From assembly GCA_043228905.1 (NCBI GenBank), contig JBHGNT010000009.1:1116001-1180000 (forward strand): DNA of 64,000 nt, written 5' to 3'. The position numbers and the translations under genes were made by a program. Every line of letters begins with the position of its first letter. The first letter of the stretch is position 1. Below, in pieces: positions 52,701 to 64,000 of the stretch. The notes below the pieces were generated by a model, which had not been told where the DNA came from, did not search any database, and saw nothing but the letters and a program-made list of their open reading frames with translations. This DNA comes from Azolla caroliniana (Eukaryota; Plantae; Polypodiophyta).

Positions 52701-53263
52701 ATGCATCCCTAGGAAATACTTCATTGTCCACTAAGATTGGTAATTGAAAAAACTTTTCCTTCTTAGCAACTTGTGGATACGCAAGTATTAAAGGTAAATA
52801 ACCATACCTTCTTTTATGTTGCATAACTGATATTTATTGTTTCATATATGACATCATCTGTTCGATCAGATTCTTATACTAGCCTTTGTATCACAATAGA
52901 AGTGAGATGAAGATAGCAGAGAAAAAAGGTTATTAGATTGTATGCTTTGTAAATGCTTATTGGATTGGTAATGAAAACTAAGCTGTAGTTTTTATTTTAA
53001 ATTAAAAATAAAATAAAAATAGAAGTGAGATGAAATGTCTCTTGTTTTCTCTAGGTACAAATTTCAAGTAATATACTAATGTGCATCTGTTCTAGAGAAA
53101 AAGTATTAAAGGTAAATAACTAGCTTAAACACTAGTTATAATGCATTAAATTTTAGTTTTCATTTGGTGATAATCGGCGACAACGAGAAGGTTGATGTGG
53201 ACTTGAGGAAGTTGATTTCCTGTTTTTTTATCAGGATGAGTGATGATGATGTGGGGTTTGAAG

Positions 53264-53487
53264 CATAGTATGAACCATACGTGCATTCACATTCAAGAAT
53301 GTTTCAAACATTCGAGTATGCTAAACACCCTCGAAGTATGGTAAATACCATACTTTTGTATCCATTTTTATTATAAGGTAAAAAAATTTCAAGGTAAGAA
53401 AGTTAAGGTAAGAAGTGTAAAAAAAAACATAAACATTCGTATGAAAAAGAATGTTGGCCCATGCATTCGAGTCTATTACGTACTATG
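53264..53487. mobile_element. Short hAT-type MITE (CATAGT family) lying between two copies of a 96-bp direct repeat
   Basis: TIRs CATAGTA / TACTATG; degenerate TSD GTTTGAAG / CTTTGAAT; direct repeat at about 53163-53258 and 53586-53682. Confidence 0.65.
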
Positions 53488-53699
53488 CTTTGAATCATAT
53501 TATCATGAGGAGGCGAGGAAAACTTTTTTTAGACTCATTTGTTGGTCGTAATCTACGAGTTGTCGAGACTATTGATGTACAAGATTTTGGTGATAATCGG
53601 CGACATTGAGATGGTTGATGTGGACTTGAGGAAGCTAAGTTCTTGTTTTTTGATCAGGATGAGTGATGATGGTGTGGGGGTTGGTTATCTAAATCGGAT

Positions 53700-54220
53700 T
53701 TTTACGGAGGGAGCGTGATTGCATTTCATTCATTACGACTTCCAAAAGTTTGCAAAAAGGAAGAAAAAACTGTATTGACAGCTTTGATCAGGGAAAAATG
53801 TTGCTCAATATGCTTATGGCTTGGCTGCCTTAGGTCCTCAGTTATTCTCCTTGGGCTTGTTAGATATTCCCAAGGATTGATTCACACAGTAGTATAGCAG
53901 ATGCTCTGATGGATATGTATCAAAATATGGGAGATGCATTGGCATCACAATATGGTGGATCTACTGCTCATAATACTATATTTCTTGAGAGCTATGGAAG
54001 GGAAACTCTCACTTTGGGAGTTGGATTTTAATTATTCCTCACATGTTGGGAGTAATGGTGATGATTCACATGCATATGATGCTTTGGGATAAGAAGTATA
54101 TTTTGTTTTGGAAAGAGATAAATAAATAAAATTGTAAGCTTTTGGGCAGACAAGCTCAAGTTGTAGCCTTCGGGTGTTTTTCGTTAAAATACTACCGAAG
54201 AAAATCTTTGAAGGAAAAAA
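53700..54220 (+). mobile_element. LINE-like 3' end with A-rich tail
   Basis: Decayed Trp-rich coding-like stretch followed by the 90-bp tail shared with 16597-16686. Confidence 0.5.
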
Positions 54221-54639
54221 TTTAGTTTTCATTATGTACACATTTGGTTTCCTCTTTACTTAGCAACTTCTAGATAGGCAAGCGATTAAGCAAGTAAAGG
54301 GAATTAATCAACATACACACCAATAATTATAAAGTGAGCTTTAGTACTTTTCCTTGCATACACATTTTGTTTGCTCTTTAAGCATTTATTAGTAACATTG
54401 ATTAGCAACTTCCAAGGTTGTTTATGTATTAATATTTAATATTTTAATATTCTATAAGTCGGCATAATACCCCATGAATGACTATATTGTAGTTAACATA
54501 TGCGATTCTGCGAACTAGTATTGAAATACATACTTATAAAAAATGAAAATTTCAAATTTCAATGCCATAAATAATATAAATGACCAAAATGCATACCTAA
54601 ATTTCAGAATTACTAGAAAATCCTTGTAAGCTGACATGT

Positions 54640-55190
54640 TTCCCTTTCATTTCCCCTTTATTGCATATACCCTTGTGACAATGAGGGGGCTTCTTTTTCG
54701 AGACTTGGACCATAATCGTGTACTCGACGAAAGAGCCTTTCCACACCGCAATTACAATTTAAAGTTGATTATTACGAGTTTGATACATTTTAATAAGTAT
54801 TTTCATAGGTTTATATTAGTAACACATATCGTGAATTTCTTTAGTGCTTTTGAATTCCTAAACAACATTATATTGGTTGCTAATTTGCTCAACGTTTCTA
54901 GAGCCTCCATGAAGTTGATTTATCATAATGGGTTGTACGATCTTCCCATTCTTGAGGTGAGTTGTTTGGTGTTGTTCATTAGAAGATTAAGTTTGATCCT
55001 AGATCTTTAATGCTTCTACCAAAGTAAGCAAGACATTTCTTGTGTTGACATAGAGTAATATGGTATGAATCAAATCAAATGCCTTCATTTGAATCTCATA
55101 AAGTCTCCTCATAAAAAACACTTTGTTGGAAGTTGCATTCAACTTGCATGTGTTACTTAACTTCTTCAACATTTAATTTGGATTGTCAAA
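54640..55190 (-). mobile_element. Copia gag relic
   Basis: Minus-strand NATSNKVFFMRRLYEIQMK near 55090-55140 (cf. Copia gag SASNKVFLMxKLFxLKM). Boundaries approximate. Confidence 0.55.
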
Positions 55191-56329
55191 ATCCAAGATT
55201 GAGAAAGTAGACATTACCGACTAGATTCAATTGGATAATTGATATCACCAATTTATCGAACTAAGGCCAAAATTCATTATCCATTTTGGAGGGAGCTACT
55301 CTCCTTCATCAATATATATGTGTGTGTACATGAGTATCCATTGCTTGTCAATATAATTCCTATGAGTCGTAGCATAATGCAAATGGTACGTCATAATATG
55401 ATGGGATTGGGATATGATTGATCAAATATTACATATGGTTGGGTGGATACAAGATGGAAGCTCATTGGCTTCTCTTTTGGGTTATCTGTTGAATGTGATG
55501 TGTTTGGCTTTGAACGTTAAGTTTTTGTTTTGATGGATACAAACAATATATCCCATGCACCTCCCCTTTTGAGCACAATTCTACAAAACATTTGACAAAG
55601 TAGGTTGTAAAACATTATCGCGTGGATCCATGCATGAATAAGGTTAACCTCACTACAATCTTTGTTAGAACCAATATGTCACCCAAGAAATATTACATTG
55701 ATTGATATGATGAAAAATTATACATTAACAAGTGGGACTTGTTAGTTATGGTGATACTATATATCACCATGTTAGTCACTTATAGTCACCTAATCGAGAC
55801 CCTCTTCCAACAACTCATCATTAGTTCACATGGCTTGCTACAATAAAGTAAACTCTCTCATTTTATAGAACTCCTTACTTGCACGATAACGAGAGTGTTC
55901 ACACATTAAGTTCTCTCATCCACTCGACAAAATGTCCCATGTAATTTATTTCTCACACTTGGGTGATATAGGCCTTATTAGACCTATGATCCCGAGCCAT
56001 CCGTTGGCCTATCTAATTCAAATATAGAGATACGATTTTTTTGTTCATGTTGAACTACGTCTTGTTAACAATGGTATATGTAAGCATGAGTATTTAATAC
56101 CATAACTTATTAGGGTTGACAACTATTTTGTGCACTTTGCATTAAATTGTGTGCTTAAGTCACTTCATGCTCTACCTACATAAGAAACGTCTCATTACAG
56201 TTATAACCATATAATTTATGGAAGAGATAATGAACATAAAATGTGGTAGTTGAAAACAATTGATGATCCACTAGAACTTAATGGTCTTCAATGGGGATGT
56301 TATACGCACATTCGAATCCATGTTGAATC

Positions 56330-56761
56330 TAGGGATCGACAATAGTTCGGTTTAGGCTTAACCGTTTTGGGGTTCTCAAACCTGAACCAAATCGATCCCT
56401 AAACCGGTATGTGAACCGGCTTGGAAATGGAAACTAGTTTGGAAACCTCCCTCTCTCTCTCACGTCTGTTCTGTTCCGTGTAGTCTCACCTCCCCCTCCC
56501 CCCCCCCCCCTCTCTCCTCGTTTGTGTAGTCTCCCTCTCTCTCAAGTTTCTAACTCTCAAGGTTTTCTCTAACCTAACTAGTAAACCACATAAACAGGCT
56601 TAACCGGTTTGAGCCGGGTTGGCAAGGCTCAAGCCAAACCGAATTGAGCTCAAACCTTTAGTCAAGCTCAAGCCTAAGCCGAGTCGAGCCAAGCCGCCAA
56701 GCCGTTGAAAACCGGTTTAGCTAAACAATTTAGGCTTGAGCCGAGCTGTTGCCAATCCCTA
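56330..56761. mobile_element. hAT-type MITE (TAGGG-terminal, AACCG/AGCCG-rich)
   Basis: TIRs TAGGGATCGACAATAG / CTGTTGCCAATCCCTA; 8-bp TSD GTTGAATC / GTTGAATT. Confidence 0.85.
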
Positions 56762-57075
56762 GTTGAATTCACATTCCATACCATCCATTATGTATGTATT
56801 GATGTAGATGGCGTTGTGAAGAAATTACCATCACCGAGATAAGTCAAATGTCATTAAAAGAAATTCAAAACTCTCCATTGATACATATAGGAAGTTTAGA
56901 ACTTCCAAATTTACCGAAACAATTGACAATCTTGTACAAATTACCAACACATAGTACATAAAATGATGCCCATGATGATTATCTAAATTATTATTCTCAT
57001 GAGATCTGACAAAATCATTTTTAAGATTATGATTAATCAATCAATAAGCATGCTCATAATCTTTGAAGATCATGA

Positions 57076-57690
57076 TCAATGGTAGAGATCCAATGCTCGG
57101 TAGGAGGGGTCCGACCCAAGGAAACTACAAGCTTAGATGCATGTGATGCCACGGACGGCCAAGAAATTGCCAGTTTAGAGCACGACCATAAGGGTTGTGT
57201 TGACCATCATGTTCATCCTAAATGAGGCCATTGCCTCTAAGATGATGAATCTATAATTTGAAAGAAGTTAGTGTGTTGATAAGCAATGTGTAATGGTGCT
57301 AGCTATTGGTTTTGTGAAGATTGGGTTCATGAGTTTATTTATATAAGGAACTTATTGTGGGGTTAAGGCTTCATGAGGACCGGCTTTAAAGAAATGACAC
57401 ATGATTATTATTGGTCTTATTGGCACATAGGCAAGTTCTCCTGTTATCAAGCGCAAGGTTAGAGATCCTTTAACACACGTCGTGCCCATCGTGACAATAG
57501 AACCTTTACTAGAGATGTCTTCACCGACACCTTCTCACTAATCAACACCACTAGAAAGTCTTATTTTTCCCCATGGTGTTCAGAAAGTGCGAGGCTAGAA
57601 AGTCTCATTTTACACATGACGTGCATTAGGTGTGACATTAGAGAGTCCCATTTTCCCCACTGGCATCATCTTTGAGATTAGAACATCAAT
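57076..57690 (-). pseudogene. Dirigent pseudogene (internally deleted tandem copy) with its promoter
   Basis: ATG at 57231 gives MASFRMNMMVNTTLMVVL then a stop, joined to the 3' end of the dirigent coding sequence with about 400 bp missing. Upstream 57240-57690 aligns with 59490-60007. Confidence 0.85.
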
Positions 57691-58912
57691 GTAAGATCGG
57701 GGGTGCGCCTCTATGACGATGACATTACTGCTCGATGCCGTGGCATTAGCAATGATACATAACACTACTATCATCATGTTCAGGCTCAATGCGGGCATTG
57801 CTTCTAAGATGATTATGTATTTATTTGAAGGAAGTTTACATACAAGCAATTGGTGTGTTATTGGGGGGTAATGAATGTAAGGGATCATTATATATTGTTT
57901 TAATTGTGGTAAGATATGGGGTTGATTCTCTAGAATTAGCACATCATCATTATTTATTGCTCGCACATTTGACCACCCACTCCCCCCCTAACATAATGGG
58001 TGCATCTTCATTGGTGCATCAAGTATAAGGTGTGACTAATAGATGTCTAAAGGTTTAATGTAGTAGCACAATTTGGTGGGAGAGTGGGTTAGGAGGCTAA
58101 GAGCGGGCTAATAGATTGGTGTAGAAAGAAAGGGTTGGGGTCAAGGTGTAGTTGTTAGTGGTTAAGGCATGTGCATAATAGCATTGGAGGTTTGTGTGGT
58201 GGATGCGAGAGAGTTTCGAACAGATAATGTGCGAGGGGTTGTGAGCATTCGAGCAAATTCCACACGTGATGTTAAAAACGTAGTGTCGCATGACACTTTC
58301 ATTGCCACTCATATCCAAGCGAGTGTCACGCAAAGAAAGGGACAAGGGCTGAGAGAGAGAGCCCAAGAGACAAAAAAGGTGTACATTAAATGTAATTAAC
58401 CTTAGTCTACAAGAAGTAGACAAGTGAAATTATTAACGTCTTACCTCTTCATCTTCCTTCTTCTTCACTTCTCTCTCTCTCTCTCTCTCTCTCTGACATT
58501 AAACTTCGGCCCTCTTCTCTACTCTCAAGTTTAAGCCTTAAAGCACTCAATCTAAAGTGCTTAAAGTTCCAACTTATTGTAAGAGCTTGGTTGGCCTAAA
58601 CCACTTGTGTGATAATAGAGGTGTAGACTTTCTGGATTTATGCGATAAACTACTACCTACATGGGGTTAAGTCTTAGCCCCACTTCTTTATTTGTATTTG
58701 TGTTGAGAGTAAGAGTGAGGAGAGGATTACCAAGCTTAATAGCAATTAAAAGAAATTCAAATCACTCTATTGATAAATAAATTAAGTTTAGATCTCCCAG
58801 TGTTATTGAACTACTTATTCAAATCTTGAAACAAGTATAACCAACACATTAAACAGAACGCTCTCGATGATAACCACGAATGTGCACAAATGAAATGTTT
58901 AAAGAGTATTCA

Positions 58913-59485
58913 TCAATAGTAGAGATCGAGGTCGAAGGAGAGGGTCCAATGTGCGGGTGGGATATGGTCAATGTAAACAAGCTTCGATGTAGCGACGCCA
59001 CGGGCGGCCAAGAAATCTCCGGTGCCACCCACGACGGGCAAGTAGCGGACCGCAAGTGGCTCGTACTCTTGTCCCAAGATTGCGATGGTACCCTTGTATT
59101 TGCCAGACGTAATGGTGGCGGTGAAGATGTGTAGGAGGGCATAGTAGTGCTTCGAATTGATGACCCAAATACCTTGGGCAACTCCGATTTGGGTCGAGTT
59201 GGGTGACGGGCCCGTTGTTATAGGTGCCTCGAACGTGGACCGCACCCCGAAGCTAAACGGGTTTGGTTGGCTCAAGTTGAAGGGTAGGGCACTATAGACT
59301 GAAGTAAAGACCGAGTTGTTGACGGCCGGGTTGTAGACCTGGTTGTGGAAGTAGAATACGAATCGGTTCGGGCCATTGGGGGGCTTTCGGCGCGCCTCCA
59401 CCACATTACCACTCAATGTCGACGCGAAGCAGAGCACGACCATTAGGGTTGCGCCGACAGTTGTGTTCATCCTCAATGAGGCCAT
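58913..59485 (-). CDS. DIR: Dirigent-family protein, intronless, 190 aa
   Basis: Signal peptide from MASLRMN; FVFYFHN, FGVRSTFEAPIT, IGVAQG, GKYKGTIAILG and VRYLPVVGGTGDFLAARG; TATA at about 59620. Confidence 0.93.
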   Translation of the reverse strand: MASLRMNTTVGATLMVVLCFASTLSGNVVEARRKPPNGPNRFVFYFHNQVYNPAVNNSVFTSVYSALPFNLSQPNPFSFGVRSTFEAPITTGPSPNSTQIGVAQGIWVINSKHYYALLHIFTATITSGKYKGTIAILGQEYEPLAVRYLPVVGGTGDFLAARGVATSKLVYIDHIPPAHWTLSFDLDLYY

Positions 59486-62400
59486 TGCCCCTCTAAAGAT
59501 GATTATGTAGAATTGAAGAGCAAAAAAGAGTTTTGTAGAGAGTATGTAGCTATGATAATTGGTAGTAGCTATTGGTTTGTAAATAAGGGGTGATGAAGAA
59601 GGGTGAGGGGAAATGGGTTTATATAAAAGGTCTTGTGTCTTGTGTCCTTGCCCCTTGGGGATTGGTGGGGGCTGACGTTGGGGAAATGGCACATGGTTCC
59701 TAATTTTCTATTGACATATTGAAAACCTCTCCTTTTATCGCGGCAAGGCCAGATCCTTTAACACACACATCGTGGCCCCCCTATTACAAGAAAACCTTTA
59801 ACACACATCGTGGCCCCCCAATGGCACATGTCTTAGAGGGACACCTTCTCACTCAATGACACTAGAAACTCTTAATTTTTCCTCCCTCATGGTGTACACA
59901 AAGTGCGAGGCTTGAAAGTCCCATTTCACACATGACGTGCATTAGGTGCAACATTACAGAGACTCGTTTTCCCCATGGGCATCATCTTTGAGATTAGAAC
60001 ATCAATGTTGCATCATGTTACTATATAAATGCTTTTGCAACTCTCTTGACATTGAAGTGTCTCATTCGCCCCATGGGCATTAACTTCATAACGACATTCA
60101 TATTTCTTTTGGTTATTATATAACCTTTCAATATCGTATGCTAATAGATTATGGGTGTGCCTAGGTGTATTATTAGTTTTTAGTAATGCTAGGCTTTCGT
60201 ATAGATTGTGGTAGACTATTTGTAGATTAGATGGTTTTCTTTTATTTTCATTAAATAAGCAAGATTTTACATGGGGTCTACAACACCATAGGTCTCAATT
60301 ATATCATAGTTTTTTAAAATTTGTACTTGCTTTAGTGTCATATTTTAATAGAGACAAAATTGGAGATGCACACTTCACATGTTATAGTCTATGTGATGCA
60401 TGGAACTACAAAAATTTCTTCCTCTTTGAATTGTTAAATTGCTCTCATCCTTACATGTATACCAGCCCATTCCCTTGTTCTCCATCCACACAATAACTTC
60501 ATCATGGTTTAGCTCATATTTTCACGGCTCTGTGATGGGATGTTGGGAAACTCAGGGTTGACCATGAATGTTTGAAAATGTTTGTGAATATTAGTATTCA
60601 ATCGTAGTGTAGTGTTACACATTTGATTATATTTTAGTTTACTTTCCTTGCATTTTAAAACCCTAGCTTATCCTTTACATTCATTTGTCTCCTAGTCACA
60701 GTGTGCACTCATGATTGCAAACATTCATTTGTAACATTTGCGATCATAGACAATCCCTTACCAATCCACACAGGCAACATGAATAGGTTTGACTTTATCT
60801 TAGTCCTATAGATCATGTTTCACTTTAAAACCCTCAAGTTGAGACTTTAATATAAGATCTAGAAGTTAAATTTGAGAAGCCACACCACAAAACAAGGAGT
60901 TTGAATTAATTTAACAAGCATCACATTTGTTTGCACATAATGCTTGTTTCTTATAATGTATCTTGAGCAAGACTTTCAAATGACATTCACAAAATTTTCT
61001 TACCACTAAAATATCTCATGTTATGTCTTTTTCTTTAATATATGCTCTAACTTCGGTTTATCGAAATCATGTATTGCACCTTGAATTGCAAAGGCTTGGA
61101 TTTTATCAAAAGTCATTTAAGAGCACTTATAGTAATTAGCAAAATGGCGTCCAATTGAAAAAGGGCGTTGGTAAATTCATCCATGATTTGATATTGAGAA
61201 ACATTTATGTTTCCATAACGCAATAGTTAAGGTGTTCAAAATTTCCTATCTCAAGTATCAAAATATGGCTAGGAGAATTTGCTAGGTACACTATCCACCT
61301 TGGGAATACAATGTTTAGGGGAGATAATAGAATACCAAAAAGTAGTTTCCTAATAGCGTTTCAACGAAAAATGTTCCTTGTATGTTGAGATGGCAATTTC
61401 TCTATCAAAACTTTAGAATTGATATAAACTAATGATAATTGAGATAAAAGAAATGCACAATAAAGCTAGACATATTGCCCCTACAATCATCATTCTTCAC
61501 CTCCTTAAACTCAAGGATCCTTCTTTTCTAGCACTTTTCTAAGATGTTTGTGCGTTGAAAACTCGATGCGACTTCATCATATTAAATTATGTCATATGCC
61601 ATGACCTCCTTAAAGAGGGGCTTTTGCCCTTTCCATATAGTATATTGAGAGAGTTAGTGTTATATTGTCAACAAGATGGATAATGGTTCTCTTCAAATTA
61701 AATCATTTCAAGACCGTTCAAATACACACTCTACAGCTGGAAATGATGGGTGTCAATCATCATAGAGCATTTCTACATTACTTATCGACCCTCTTCATAA
61801 CAAACTCTGTCTCAATCGCACAAACTCTTAACCTTAACAAAGAGTTTTACACTTGTTAATATGCACTTTAGGACTTATCATAATACTTAATCACTTAAAT
61901 AAAACACCAAGAGAACAAATGAAAGTACATCAAAATCAATAAAGAAATGTTACCAATGAAATCAAATGCTTTGTTCCTCCATCAACCAAGGCTTACAAGA
62001 TCTAAGGTCAATGTCCCCTAACATAATGGGTGCAACATGCTAGTAGGAGTGAGTTTAGGATGGGATTGTTGGTGGCCTACTTTAAATCAAGGACTCGCCA
62101 TAAAATAACTTGGATATTTTTTTCCTGTTGTCCCCTTAATAATAAGTCCTTATTATTATTTAGAGATGCTTGCTTCTTGCTTCAATGGTTCAATGTATTG
62201 AAGCACCTTTTTTTCTAGAATATATATCATCTTATTTTACTTTAATTTATACTTGGCACCTTTTTCACAAATACTTTTCTAAAATATATTCCATTTTATT
62301 CTACTTTAATTGGTATCTCTTTCTCCCTATTTCATTTCAAAGTAAGACTTAAAAGTCTAGGTTTGAAGTTAAGACCCCTACACTTTAAGCAATTGGGTTA

Positions 62401-62929
62401 ACAATTTCTTTATTGTTCTGCATTTTCTTCTATGTATAAAGAGACTTAATTCCTAGCCAATAAGGGACTTGGTTTCTATTGCTGAAGAGAGGAATATTAA
62501 GGGATGACTATTACTATGAAGAGGGATGGCTACCGTGAAAAAGAGGGATAAATGCATTACCATATATTCATAATCAATGTGATTTGGTTTCCAGAAAGAT
62601 TTGAGAATTTCGATTCAAATTTGGGTTTTTTTTTGCCAAGATTAATATGGATTACTTTTTGTATCAATCTTTGTTTGTTGAATATTAGAAAAAGTTCTTT
62701 CACGTGTATTATCGATTGTAGTTGTGGTAATTTCATAATTTGCATGCATTTAAAGTATAGCTTCGCTTCCAATACATTTTCACTAATTCAATATTCAAGT
62801 GCTTCTCTAATGAACTACTTGATCTTGGAACCATATATTATCATGATGGAAGACATTCTTAGTGAAAAATAAAGAAGAAGAAGAAGAAGAAGAAAATAAC
62901 TACAAAATGCATAAAATATATTACAAGAA

Positions 62930-63720
62930 AGCATACCTTATATGAGAAACATGGCAAATGTTTGACTGGAATGGACTTGAGATTCGTGATCCTTATTCAA
63001 TATTGAGAAGCTTCTTATTGAACTTTAAGAGTTGCCTTAATACTCAGGCACAAATGAAATGATTCCAAATCTATATCTAAATAAATGATTGGAGGCATGT
63101 TGGCATTGACATGGTGAGATATTTTGAGTCACTCAAATAATTATAGATAATTGCATGACGAAGTAACCATGTTCCATTCAATGTATATATGATCCCAATC
63201 TTCTATAACAAGTTAATCATCAATAAATTTGTGGTCAATAGTCTTCTCGGTTGTTGTCCAAGTACTCACAATACATGTATGGGTGATTGATAAATTGTTA
63301 AAGTTGAATTCCATCTTGTAACTACACGAACTAGACAAGGTGGTTCTTGTTTTAGAATGTATTCCAAAAATGGCGGTTCTTGATTGAGAATGTTTTCCAA
63401 AAATAGCTCTACAAACTTTATGGGCGCATTTAGAATAACCTCTAATGCAACTTTACACGAAGATAATATGTATGAACCATCATGCATCTCAACATATGCG
63501 ATGCATTTACAACATATGCGATGTATTTTCCTTGATGTCTTTGCAATAATCTAGCCAACTTCGTGAATGTGATTCGAGCATCATTAGCATCATCTAATGT
63601 TGTGAATAAAAACCATGAAGAAACACCAGATTCTAGACGAGTGAGCATTAGTTTCACCTTATGTTTTTCCTATTCCATCTCTAGGAAATACATCTAGAAA
63701 GTCTAGTAAGAGCATAGAAT
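62930..63720 (-). mobile_element. hAT transposase relic
   Basis: Minus-strand HMLRCMMVHTYYL (cf. RCxxHxxNL) followed by VRVVTRWNST (cf. DVxTRWNST). Frameshifted; boundaries approximate. Confidence 0.55.
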
Positions 63721-64000
63721 TGGCAAAGAGATCCGATTTAAAGTCATTGGATAAAATCCTTTTGAACTACACATTTGTATATCCTCTGGCATCCTTGTTA
63801 TGTGGAATGAAAGATTGTTGTGCGTCAAGTTGCAAACTTCTTGTACATGCATTCACGCTACCAAAGACAATGACCCCCTCCTTGCATTTTAAATAAGTAA
63901 TATCCTCTTCTTGATTGACAAAATGTTGACCTTTATTCAAACAAACATAAAAGTTACAATCTTGACCAGGAGTGTAACATTCAACAACAAATGTGGACAT

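Noticed and set aside
59486-59692. 69-aa N-terminal extension of the dirigent ORF
   Set aside because: It starts at a non-ATG codon and spans the TATA box. The signal peptide begins at the ATG at 59485, which the pseudogene copy also preserves.

Overview
AT-rich, microsatellite-rich land-plant nuclear DNA. A fern or other non-seed plant is my impression only. It contains five apparently intact genes: a class-A GATA transcription factor (+, 2 exons), a RING+PHD (PHRF1-like) gene (-, 3 exons), a SIK1/MAP4K3 Hippo-like STE20 kinase (-, 18 exons), an intronless GDSL esterase (+) and a dirigent protein (-). A dirigent pseudogene lies next to the intact copy. The intergenic DNA holds hAT-type MITEs with 8-bp TSDs, RTE and L1 LINE fragments, Copia relics, two solo LTRs and many local tandem duplications. 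The standout is at 1-2271: a spliceosomal-intron-containing gene for a prokaryote-type beta-class amino-DNA methyltransferase (N6-adenine/N4-cytosine, N6_N4_Mtase-like). This copy is dead. An 815-bp solo LTR sits in one exon and its precise removal restores the frame; there is also a nonsense codon and substitutions in both key motifs. A CAGTG terminus at 3087-3091 suggests it is cargo of a CACTA/CACTG-type DNA transposon that extends left of the window. All homology calls come from motif recognition by eye, not database searches.
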